A stretch of DNA of 64,000 nt. Origin: a virus. Of this stretch, positions 49,738-58,684 are shown piece by piece. The notes beneath the pieces were generated by a model. The model searched no databases, had not been told where the DNA came from, and worked only from the letters and a program-made list of their open reading frames with translations. The stretch spans positions 91,387 through 155,386 of the IMG/VR virus record IMGVR_UViG_3300021959_007960, one strand, 5' to 3'. The translations under genes and the position numbers were made by a program. Every line of letters begins with the position of its first letter. Position 1 is the stretch's first letter.

Positions 49738-49895
49738 CTATACCATCCTTTTAATATATTAACCACTATAAATAAATTAGTTATAATAGCTTGCATAACT
49801 AAAACAGTTCTAATAAAAGCTATGCCATCACTTTGTCTGTCTGTTGTTCCAGATTTTTCACCTAATGCTTTGCACCAAATTTTCCAGATATTCAT
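49734..49895 (-). CDS. Small phage membrane protein
   Basis: Not in the track; MNIWKIWCKALGEKSGTTDRQSDGIAFIRT...ITNLFIVVNILKGWYR. Confidence 0.7.
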   Translation of the reverse strand: MNIWKIWCKALGEKSGTTDRQSDGIAFIRTVLVMQAIITNLFIVVNILKGWYR

Positions 49896-50107
49896 TTTGT
49901 TTTATTACAATACTCGTAAATATAATCTGCTAATTCCAGAAGTCTATATTTATCTATGTAAGAATTAATATTAGCAAATCCTTTGTATGCAGTTTGTTCA
50001 TGAGTACATTTTCTATCTACAATAGTCATAAATGTTTGACCATTAACTTCACCTAATTCAAAACTCATATTACATTTATCGTCTAATTTACAATGTGTTC
50101 TTTTCAT
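49892..50107 (-). CDS. Hypothetical protein
   Basis: ATGA overlaps on both sides. Confidence 0.55.
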   Translation of the reverse strand: MKRTHCKLDDKCNMSFELGEVNGQTFMTIVDRKCTHEQTAYKGFANINSYIDKYRLLELADYIYEYCNKTK

Positions 50108-50367
50108 TTTAATAAACTCTGAACATATAAAACTAAAATAACCATTACTACTGTTAAAATAATTGGTGCAACCCAATAATGAACAAGTATGTTAGACTGT
50201 ATATGAATAGACCAATAATCACTGATCGCATTGTCAATCTCGTTCTTTGAGTATCCTTCATCTCTTAAAACCCAGTGTACTTGTTCTTCTGTTAGGGGAT
50301 CATCTTTATCCCAGTATCTTCTTGACATATTTAACAATCGTTCATCCACATCTATATTCCTGTACAT
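50104..50367 (-). CDS. Hypothetical protein with C-terminal TM segment
   Basis: 87 aa ORF. Confidence 0.6.
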   Translation of the reverse strand: MYRNIDVDERLLNMSRRYWDKDDPLTEEQVHWVLRDEGYSKNEIDNAISDYWSIHIQSNILVHYWVAPIILTVVMVILVLYVQSLLK

Positions 50368-50436
50368 TTATGTTCATAGTTTCTACCGCCTTTAATTAGG
50401 TAAAAATATGGGTTTGAAGTTATCTCCCCCATCAAA

Positions 50437-50766
50437 TTATTTACAATCACAACTATTACAAGTATTCCCATTACAAATAGTTCTACTATAAGTCCTAGAA
50501 CGAAGAACATTAGAACATCCATCTGTAACTGTTCTGGTTCTTGAATATTTGCTACCAGTTTTGTTGCAGGCACAACCTGTAGAACGAATAAAAAGCCTCC
50601 TGCCAAACAAGCCTCTACGCACCCTACAGTTGCATGTACTACAGTCGCAAGGACTGCAATCGCAATCTTCTGATACTGTTGTTTGAGGTTTAGGTGATGT
50701 TGGTGCTTCACCAGCAAAAGCAGTCACGGCAAAACTTGATAAAATTAATGCTAAAAATAGTTTCAT
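50437..50766 (-). CDS. Small secreted Cys/Arg-rich protein
   Basis: Signal peptide; CDCSPCDCSTCNC, RRGLFGRR; GGAG RBS. Confidence 0.75.
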   Translation of the reverse strand: MKLFLALILSSFAVTAFAGEAPTSPKPQTTVSEDCDCSPCDCSTCNCRVRRGLFGRRLFIRSTGCACNKTGSKYSRTRTVTDGCSNVLRSRTYSRTICNGNTCNSCDCK

Positions 50767-50830
50767 ATTTTCTCCATAAAATTAACTAAAAAACATGCTA
50801 TTGTAAAACTTATTACAATTAAAAGCAATA

Positions 50831-51409
50831 TCACTCTAATCGTCCACTCATCTCTGTCCATATCATAAGGTCTGCTTGAGCCAGTGTCAAGCCGGGATAA
50901 TGTGTTTCCATTAAGTATTTACATAATCCTGCATACTGAGCATATTTCTCTGGATTCTGTGGAGTATTTTTAGGAGCCTCTTTGACACCACACTTTTCCC
51001 TCATCCATCTCAATATGTGAGTATCTAACACAACCTCATCACAAAATTCTCTGGTATGTAATAAAAAGAATCTAGCAGTTTTTGGCCCAACACCATAAAC
51101 ATCCATCAAATCTTCTCTGGTGCAGGTTTTAAGGTCTAATTTTGAAGAGAAATATAAAGCCTTGCGTATCCTGTCGTACTGACCTGTCTTATGTGCCTTC
51201 AAATAATTGTGAAGTTCTGATAGCTTGAGGCTTTTAATGAACTCAAATGGAGTCATATCTCCCCTGTCTTTGAGTAATTTTGTAACCAACCTAGAAGTTG
51301 TATCACTATTTTTACCAGCGACAAGGATACAGAATATCCAGAATGACTGTAGTTCTACATCTGTGCGATTGTAGTTGGTAATATTTTTAGGGTCTATCAA
51401 AGTTTCCAT
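50831..51409 (-). CDS. HhH-GPD/Ogg-like DNA glycosylase-fold protein
   Basis: FCILVAG, LMDVYGVGPKTARFFL, VLDTHILRW, ADLMIW. Confidence 0.7.
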   Translation of the reverse strand: METLIDPKNITNYNRTDVELQSFWIFCILVAGKNSDTTSRLVTKLLKDRGDMTPFEFIKSLKLSELHNYLKAHKTGQYDRIRKALYFSSKLDLKTCTREDLMDVYGVGPKTARFFLLHTREFCDEVVLDTHILRWMREKCGVKEAPKNTPQNPEKYAQYAGLCKYLMETHYPGLTLAQADLMIWTEMSGRLE

Positions 51410-51434
51410 TATGTTCTCCAAAAGCGTTTCCTCC

Positions 51435-51473
51435 AGTATAACATATTATCGTCTTGTGTCAACAGAAACTTTA
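51435..51473 (-). promoter_or_regulatory. Interleaved sigma-70 and sigma-28-type promoter
   Basis: TAAAGTTT-N12-GACGATAA overlapping TTGACA-N16-TATACT. Confidence 0.8.
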
Positions 51474-51477
51474 AAAA

Positions 51478-51912
51478 TTATTTAGTGCTTCTTGGATGAC
51501 CTTTGGGTAATAAATCATTATCTTGTTTATAGCCAGAGTTTGATGGTCTGCCTGTTCTTAGCAGAGTTAAAAAAGCATTGACTCTTGCCATCGCCCAACC
51601 ATCTCTACTCATTTTAGGAGCATGAGAGGTAGAATAAGCACCAGCACCTCTTCTGTATACTGCTTTTAACATACCTAGTGTAGCTTTACTACCCTTTCCT
51701 TTTTTATTATGTTCACTAACTTTATTCTTTAATTTCTCAACAGTTTTTGCACTAAAAGTAATCTTACCCTTATCATCTTTAGCACTATCAGGCTTATTCT
51801 TTTTGCTTCCTTTTTTCTGATCCTTTTTAGGAGCAGGAGTTCTTCTTGGGTCTTTTGACCCCGGTTTATCTGCTATTGATTTTAGTGCTTCTAGAAATTT
51901 ATTAGTTCTCAT
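51478..51912 (-). CDS. Basic conserved viral protein
   Basis: LKAVYRRGAGAY..SH, WAMARVNAFL, DNDLLPKGHP. Confidence 0.7.
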   Translation of the reverse strand: MRTNKFLEALKSIADKPGSKDPRRTPAPKKDQKKGSKKNKPDSAKDDKGKITFSAKTVEKLKNKVSEHNKKGKGSKATLGMLKAVYRRGAGAYSTSHAPKMSRDGWAMARVNAFLTLLRTGRPSNSGYKQDNDLLPKGHPRSTK

Positions 51913-51942
51913 AATGTTTGCTCCTTTTATTTACTATACACT

Positions 51943-53232
51943 TTATGCTATGATATTGTGTTGAATATTACCAAATACGTCAGTCAGTCTAAAATCTCTC
52001 CCGCTATATCTATATGTTAGTTTTGTGTGGTCAAGTCCCATCAAGTGTAATATTGTAGCATGTAAATCGTGCATATCCATACTGTCTACAGCCTTATGTC
52101 CAAAATCATCTGTAGAACCATATCTCATACCTCCTTTTACTCCACCACCTGCCATCCACATACTAAACCCACCATTATTATGATCTCTGCCTGTTGCTCC
52201 TTCTTTTATACCGGGAGTTCTACCAAATTCACTTCCGAATAATATAATTGTATCTTCAAATAACCCACAATCTTTTAAATCCTGTATTAATCCAGCAATA
52301 GGTTTGTCAATAGCAGTTGTATTCTTTTTTAGATTATCATTAATATTTTGGTGCATATCCCAACCACCATGACCAATCTCTACAAATCTTACTCCTGCCT
52401 CACTAAATTTCTTAGCTAATAAACATTGTTTGCCAAATTTAGCCGTAGCTTTATCATTGATGCCATACTTCTCTAATGTTTGTATAGATTCTTTTGATAT
52501 ATCAATAGTATTAGGAACACTTGTCTGCATCCTAAAAGCCAACTCATAACTCTCAATCAGTCCTTCTAGCCTACTATTCTCACCATTACCTAATTGATAG
52601 TTATTTAAGTCTCTAAGGAAATTCAAGTTCTCTCTTTGTCTGTTTAAATCTATTGGACTTTGAAGATTAGGGATAGGGCTTTTACTACCAGCATTAATAG
52701 CAGTACCCTGATATACTGCCGGTAAGAAAGAACTACCATAATTATCTGGGCCAATATTTGCGTCTATAGTTATAAACCCCGGCAACTCTTTATTCTCTGT
52801 ACCTAATCCATACAATAACCAACTGCCCATACTAGGTCTACTGAACTGAAAATTACCTGTGTGTAATAAACTTCGTGCTTGATTATGATTACCTGTTTTA
52901 CTCTTCATGCCATTCAATAAACATAAACTATCTGCGTGTTTACGAAGGTGTGAGAAGTTCTCACTAATTTCTATACCACTATCTCCTGCTGGAGTTAAAG
53001 GCACTCCCGGCTTTACAATCTTTCTGCCTTTACTCACAGGATCATCTGTACCATCTTTCTCTACCATTAAAGGTTTATAATCAAAAGTATCCGTATGAGT
53101 CATACCCCCATTCATATACATAAATATAACTCTTTTATTACTTTGCATCATCTCTTCTGCAAGTAATCCTTTTAGTGCCAGCATTCCAAAACCTGCACTA
53201 CTAGCTTGTAATAAATTTCTTCTATTTAACAT
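51943..53232 (-). CDS. DUF1501 protein (Tat-exported, planctomycete family)
   Basis: NRRNLL Tat motif; FMYMNGGMTHTDTFDYKP, RPSMGSW, GGWDMH, SEFGRTP, GRDH, DLHATILHLMGLDH. Confidence 0.95.
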   Translation of the reverse strand: MLNRRNLLQASSAGFGMLALKGLLAEEMMQSNKRVIFMYMNGGMTHTDTFDYKPLMVEKDGTDDPVSKGRKIVKPGVPLTPAGDSGIEISENFSHLRKHADSLCLLNGMKSKTGNHNQARSLLHTGNFQFSRPSMGSWLLYGLGTENKELPGFITIDANIGPDNYGSSFLPAVYQGTAINAGSKSPIPNLQSPIDLNRQRENLNFLRDLNNYQLGNGENSRLEGLIESYELAFRMQTSVPNTIDISKESIQTLEKYGINDKATAKFGKQCLLAKKFSEAGVRFVEIGHGGWDMHQNINDNLKKNTTAIDKPIAGLIQDLKDCGLFEDTIILFGSEFGRTPGIKEGATGRDHNNGGFSMWMAGGGVKGGMRYGSTDDFGHKAVDSMDMHDLHATILHLMGLDHTKLTYRYSGRDFRLTDVFGNIQHNIIA

Positions 53233-55591
53233 TACGAAATTCTCCTGTGCAGATTAATATTTGGGTTAAGTATGCAAGATTATTATTATCTTTCTCTATA
53301 AAATCTATAGATGCTTCAGTCTCAATATTGGTAGGTAAACGGCCTAAAAACTTTAAAAATATTTCATTGACATTGTTACGGTATAATATTTTCGGCATAG
53401 TTTTACTCATCTTTTTATTTCGCTCAAGTAATATTTGTGCTTGTTCTTGTGCTAGTGATATGATCTTAGGATTATTCATTAAGAATAAAGCCTGTGTAGA
53501 TACTGTTGTGACACTTCTCTCAGCATTAAGCAAACTATTGTCTGGTCTATCAAATATGTCCAGTACCTCAATCTTATTATCTCTTAATGATGGAATATAA
53601 ATTGATCTTGCTCTTGTCTCACCAATATACTTTCTTAACTCTTTGCTAGAATTTTTTATGTCTGTCTGAAAATCACTAATGTTCTTATGCGATCCGTCTA
53701 GCTTGCCTGATACAAATAATAATGAATCTCTAATTTGCTCTGCTTCTAATCTCTTCTCGTTCATTCTCCAGAAATAAACATTGTCAGGATCAATCTCATA
53801 ATTATTTTTATCAAAATTACTACTACGTCTGTAAGCATTACTCATAACAATAGTTTTAATAAGTCTTTTATTTGATAGCCTACCAGTAACAAACTTGGTA
53901 GATAAATAGTTCATCAGTTTAAGATTAGTAGGTTCTCCACCTAGTATTCCAAAATTATCAAAACTATCTAATATACCCTTACCAAACAAATGTCTCCATA
54001 CTCTATTTACATAAACCCTATAAGTTAATGGATTAGTTTTATGTGTTATCCATTCTGCCAGTTCATATCGTCCACTTGTATTATCAAAGTTAAGATTAGG
54101 TCTATCACTAAATATCTCTGGCAATCTTCTTGGTACTTCATCACCCAGATTATTAACCTCACCCCTAATTGCCAGTTTAACTTCTGTCATCTTTTCTTTA
54201 TCTTTGACAGACATTACAGGCTGTAAATGTTCTAGGTATTTTAAATATTCATCAGATAACTCAGCTTTTGCTTCTTCTAATCTCTTTTGTCTCTTACCTA
54301 ATTCTCTGTTTAATTGATCTTCTGTTACTCTTTTATTCCATGTTTTAATAGATTCTATTTGTATCTCTAAGTTTTTAATGTCACACAGGAGGAACCATTC
54401 CTTTACCTTTTTCTTTTTGTATAAATCTTCTGTCTCTTCTGTTATCAGATATTCATAGTCTCCAAGATAACCAGTATTATTATTACCTCTATACAAACCA
54501 TCCATATTTCTTGTATTATTAAACACTCCAGCAACACCATAATAGTCTTGCTGAGAAAATGGGTCAAACTTATGATCGTGACATCTTGCACAACTTAAAG
54601 TCATACCCAGAAAACCTCTGGTGATAGCATCTATCTGGTCATCGTTACGATCTGCCTCAAACTGTCTAATCTGTGCCTGTATATTTTTTGTACCTATTGT
54701 TAAAAAGCCTGTAGCTATCCTGTTGTTGTTATATTCTTCATAACTTTTATGTGGTAATAAATCACCAGCTATTTGTTCTATAATAAATTGATCGTATGGT
54801 TTATCTTGATTAAAACTATCTATAACATAATCCCTATATCTCCAAGCATAAGGACTAATTAAATTTCTATCTTGTCCAGATGATTCTGCATATCTAGCTA
54901 CATCTAACCAATGTCTCCCCCATTTCTCTCCAAAACCTTCGTCCTCTAATAAACTATCTACTAATTTTTCATATTTATTTTCCGAAGTATCATTTATATA
55001 CCCTTTAATTTGCTCAATACTTGGTGGCAAACCAATAATATCAAAGTAAAGTCTACGAATAATGGTATAGTCATCTGCTATTTCTACGGGTTTTAATTTA
55101 TTTTTTAATATTTCTACATTAAGTATAGCATCTATTTCTGTACCATCGTCATATTTAGCTACAGGAGGTCTTGTTACCTTCTTAAATGCCCAGAAATTTC
55201 TAGCTTGTCTTAATTCTACTGCCCTGTTCTCAGGTTTGTATCTTGGGTCAGGCATACCCATTTTAATCCATTGTCTAAAATTATTTACAATTTCTTCGCT
55301 CAAAGGATTATCTGGTGGCATATCCCCAGACTCTATATAATCTAATAATAAACTCTCGTCTATTTTACCGGGAACAACTGATGGGCCAGAATCTCCACCA
55401 TTTAATATACCTTGTCTAGTATCTAAAGATAATCCACCCTTTACGTCTTTTGAGGTAGAAGAATGACAAGAATAGCATTGTGTAGTTAAGACGTTCCTGA
55501 TATTATTTTCAAAAAATTTAATACCAGCATCTTGAGATAGTGCTATATTAGAATATAGAACAAAACTAACTAGAAGTATTTTTTTTAACAT
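53222..55591 (-). CDS. PSCyt1 cytochrome c + DUF1549 (PSCyt2) + DUF1553 (PSD1) protein
   Basis: Signal peptide; CYSCH; GRHWLDVARYAES; CARCHDHKFDP; RVYVNRVWRHLFG; RLEAEQIRDS; QALFLMN. Confidence 0.95.
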   Translation of the reverse strand: MLKKILLVSFVLYSNIALSQDAGIKFFENNIRNVLTTQCYSCHSSTSKDVKGGLSLDTRQGILNGGDSGPSVVPGKIDESLLLDYIESGDMPPDNPLSEEIVNNFRQWIKMGMPDPRYKPENRAVELRQARNFWAFKKVTRPPVAKYDDGTEIDAILNVEILKNKLKPVEIADDYTIIRRLYFDIIGLPPSIEQIKGYINDTSENKYEKLVDSLLEDEGFGEKWGRHWLDVARYAESSGQDRNLISPYAWRYRDYVIDSFNQDKPYDQFIIEQIAGDLLPHKSYEEYNNNRIATGFLTIGTKNIQAQIRQFEADRNDDQIDAITRGFLGMTLSCARCHDHKFDPFSQQDYYGVAGVFNNTRNMDGLYRGNNNTGYLGDYEYLITEETEDLYKKKKVKEWFLLCDIKNLEIQIESIKTWNKRVTEDQLNRELGKRQKRLEEAKAELSDEYLKYLEHLQPVMSVKDKEKMTEVKLAIRGEVNNLGDEVPRRLPEIFSDRPNLNFDNTSGRYELAEWITHKTNPLTYRVYVNRVWRHLFGKGILDSFDNFGILGGEPTNLKLMNYLSTKFVTGRLSNKRLIKTIVMSNAYRRSSNFDKNNYEIDPDNVYFWRMNEKRLEAEQIRDSLLFVSGKLDGSHKNISDFQTDIKNSSKELRKYIGETRARSIYIPSLRDNKIEVLDIFDRPDNSLLNAERSVTTVSTQALFLMNNPKIISLAQEQAQILLERNKKMSKTMPKILYRNNVNEIFLKFLGRLPTNIETEASIDFIEKDNNNLAYLTQILICTGEFRNVK

Positions 55592-55628
55592 TTTTATTGC
55601 CCCTCACCCATTTAGGAGTGTATGGACA

Positions 55629-55640
55629 ATTAATACACCG
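55629..55640 (-). promoter_or_regulatory. GGTGTA-type candidate phage promoter
   Basis: CGGTGTATTAAT, identical to 20831-20842. Confidence 0.5.
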
Positions 55641-55677
55641 AGAACCACAGCATATTTTTCTGGATAGTAAATACTCT

Positions 55678-55866
55678 TTAGTTAATGGTTTTGTCATTGA
55701 GTTTAATTATAGTCCAGTATTTACTACCACAATGGTTATCCACCCACTCTTCTGCCATATACTTTTCTTCAAAAGGCCCGTATATCCTATCATCTCTATC
55801 TCCAACACGAAAGTTTTTTAATTCAACAGAATATTTACTCAACTCACTTATAACAACAATATACAT
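55678..55866 (-). CDS. Hypothetical protein
   Basis: YGPF motif; operon context. Confidence 0.55.
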   Translation of the reverse strand: MYIVVISELSKYSVELKNFRVGDRDDRIYGPFEEKYMAEEWVDNHCGSKYWTIIKLNDKTIN

Positions 55867-56126
55867 TAATAAATCTCCAAATATTCTTTTCCTGTATTAA
55901 TTAACGATACTACATAGGCTATATATTTTTTTGCTTCAATTTCAGTGCCAAATTGCACTATTTGTCTCTTGGTCAATTTACAGGGCAACATTAAAGGTTT
56001 ATCCCCTTTATATACAACATACTTATCAATTCCATCACCTGTATTGTCATGTTTTTTAATTGTATACATAACTAACCCCATGTGTTTTTTTGAATATAAT
56101 CGTCCAGAAAGACTTTCAACCTCCAT
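55866..56126 (-). CDS. Hypothetical protein
   Basis: Operon context, GGAG RBS. Confidence 0.5.
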   Translation of the reverse strand: MEVESLSGRLYSKKHMGLVMYTIKKHDNTGDGIDKYVVYKGDKPLMLPCKLTKRQIVQFGTEIEAKKYIAYVVSLINTGKEYLEIY

Positions 56127-57188
56127 AACTCCATTTTAGTCATAGGAGATATTGTGTCTATATATGAGCATATAGGAGTATTACTATCATTATAATTAAC
56201 CTTATATACTTCTATAGCACATAAATCTTCTGTTGTTGGAGACTCTTTAATCTGAAAATGTATTGTCTTTCTCATATTCCTACCCATAAGTAAAGGTAAG
56301 ATATGTTACACCTATTTTCTAACTTCGCACGTTTCTAGTACTTCCTTGAGTAAATCTAATGACACTTTTAAAAAATGGTCTTTATGTCCCTGATTAAACT
56401 CATGCTTATGTTGCTCGTATTCTTCAAGAGCAACCTTGATTCTAACCTCTAGGTCTTTAATGATGCCGTCGTACATTCTAATCCTCCAGAACTATAAAAC
56501 TGTCTAATACCTCATACTTGACCACAACACAATCTTTTTCGTCATATTTAAATTTGAATAGGAAATACTTAGCTATTCTTTTCAATATGATACTTATGAA
56601 AGATCGGTCTAAATTGTCTGCTTCCATATCTATAATTGCAGTAATTAATATTTTCTTTCTCATTGTTGATTTGATTTAATTGTGGGTTTAATTACCATTA
56701 ATTCAATTCAATTTACACTTTTCGTGGGAATCACGCCAAATAATGTCCTATCAATAATATGTAAATTCTTTGCTTCTTTACTGTCAATATACATTAGATT
56801 CTTATCTAAATGATCATGTAAGACTTTGCGTAATAGCTTGATTTCCCTGACTGTGAGTAATACGTTTTTATACATTTTTCACCTAAAAAATAACGATTTC
56901 TACCAATATACCTATTACCATCCATTATAGCATAAACACTAGGAGTGTCAATAGTATCGACTACCAGAATCCACTGACTTTAGACTTTTCCTTTTTTGCT
57001 AATTTATGTCGTCGCGGCAAAATAAGTGATTAAAATAAAATTTGGGGCTAATTAGCTACAAAATATGGTGCAGAAGGATATATTATGATGTATATAGAAT
57101 ATAATAACTGCTATTTGATACTATTATGGAATATAACTGCATGGTTTCTATAGGAATGTATATGGTGCAGGGGATAATAGTAATAATT

Positions 57189-57428
57189 TTATGAAAAATC
57201 TAATAATAATTGTTGATCTTTAAGATTTTCTGGGTCAATAGTTTTTGTAACTTCTTTTATTTCTATGTATAATAGTTTCCCTTCTATGGGTATATTTTCT
57301 TTCTTTAATTTTTCTAATAAATTTTTCTGAATACTATTACAGATATTTTCACATCTAGTATTTTTATCTAATTTTATCACATCAAACATATCACTGACTC
57401 CCTGATACATAGTAGTTTCTTGTGGCAA
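57189..57428 (-). CDS. Hypothetical protein (start uncertain)
   Basis: 79 aa ORF in an otherwise non-coding region. Confidence 0.45.
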   Translation of the reverse strand: MPQETTMYQGVSDMFDVIKLDKNTRCENICNSIQKNLLEKLKKENIPIEGKLLYIEIKEVTKTIDPENLKDQQLLLDFS

Positions 57429-57587
57429 AAATGCAAGTATAATTTTTTTAGAAATTTTTTACCCTTGACAAATACAGGATTTATGGTTATTAGTTATGCA
57501 GGGGGTATAAGAATTTTTATTTTGGGAGTTTCATAATCTTAATTTTTCTAAATAATTTCCTCTGCATAATTATAAAATAATACACTC

Positions 57588-57615
57588 TTGACTTATTGGA
57601 TTTCTATGCTATAAT
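57588..57615 (+). promoter_or_regulatory. Plus-strand sigma-70-like promoter, antisense to all genes
   Basis: TTGACT-N16-TATAAT with extended -10 TG. Confidence 0.55.
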
Positions 57616-57836
57616 AGATATATCACTGACCCTTCAAAATGACTGACTACCTCCAATGGCCGAAACCTATTGGATTAGGTAATACATATATAAATATACT
57701 GGCCCTACGATTTGGCTGACTATGAACATTCGGAACCAATCCCTATAGATTTGGTGGTACAGATAGAAATATATATACAAATAAAAAACCCCCGGTTTTA
57801 CCCAGGGGCTATAAAGATATAATTAATAATAATATA

Positions 57837-58244
57837 TTATAAATAAGAAGTTTCTTCACATACTAGAACCTCCGATCCATTTGTTACTAAGTGACTATAT
57901 TTACTATCATCCCAATTAAACATACCATCATCCCCTGACCTACGCCAGTGTACATCCTTAATAGGATTATACTTTAATTTATCGAAATATTTGGTATCTA
58001 TACTATCCTTTTCTAATATATCAAAATTCTCACATTCTACCCATCCACATACATCTTTCTTTCCTGCTAAATTAACTTTACGGGCAGCGTTAATTTTATT
58101 AATAAGTTTACAACCATATAGTTCTAGTTGGTACTTATTAGGATCAATATACTTCACTGTACCATCATATGCTTTGATCTGCCAGTGCATATAATGCTGA
58201 CCCCTTTGTAAATGAAACCTTACCTTATATTCAAAACCTTCCAT
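57837..58244 (-). CDS. Hypothetical protein
   Basis: GGAGGA RBS; followed by a terminator-like hairpin at 57783-57808. Confidence 0.7.
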   Translation of the reverse strand: MEGFEYKVRFHLQRGQHYMHWQIKAYDGTVKYIDPNKYQLELYGCKLINKINAARKVNLAGKKDVCGWVECENFDILEKDSIDTKYFDKLKYNPIKDVHWRRSGDDGMFNWDDSKYSHLVTNGSEVLVCEETSYL

Positions 58245-58247
58245 TAT

Positions 58248-58457
58248 TCATCCTCCCCCGAACATAGACTTCCAACAACTATCACAAGTCTGACTAATTA
58301 GCAATTCCCTTTCTGCTTTATTTAGATATGGCAGGGCATCTTGGATATATTCTCCAGCTTGCCATTTGAGAAGGTCTGATGGATTTACCATAAGCACATG
58401 GTCTGTGTTGCAGTGAGAACATACAACACGTAACGGTTTTTGATTACAAGCAATCAT
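58248..58457 (-). CDS. Small Zn-finger phage protein
   Basis: CSHC...IQDALPYL..AERELLISQTCDSCW. Confidence 0.75.
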   Translation of the reverse strand: MIACNQKPLRVVCSHCNTDHVLMVNPSDLLKWQAGEYIQDALPYLNKAERELLISQTCDSCWKSMFGGG

Positions 58458-58622
58458 ATCTTTTCTCCTTTGACTACTAAGTATACCATACACATCGTCA
58501 TTAGTCAACCCCTGACTTTAGGAAATCACTGACTACCTACTATAGCCCGAAACCGATTAGTTAAGATAGTACACATTTTATATACATACTTATATAGGGG
58601 GGTTAAACAAGTTTATTTATAC

Positions 58623-58658
58623 AAAAAGACCACCCCCGCCGAAGCGGGGATGGCCTCT
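58623..58658 (-). terminator. Intrinsic terminator after the DUF932 gene
   Basis: CCCCGC-TTCG-GCGGGG stem-loop followed by T-tract. Confidence 0.75.
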
Positions 58659-58684
58659 TGGCAACGAACCACGAAAGGAGATCG

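Larger units (their letters stand above)
49100..49760. repeat. 21-bp direct repeat flanking the sulfotransferase-like gene
   Basis: ATACCATCCTTTTAATATATT at 49100-49120 and 49740-49760. Confidence 0.9.

Noticed and set aside
50352-50717. 121-aa alternative-frame ORF
   Set aside because: The overlapping 50437-50766 frame has the RBS and signal peptide
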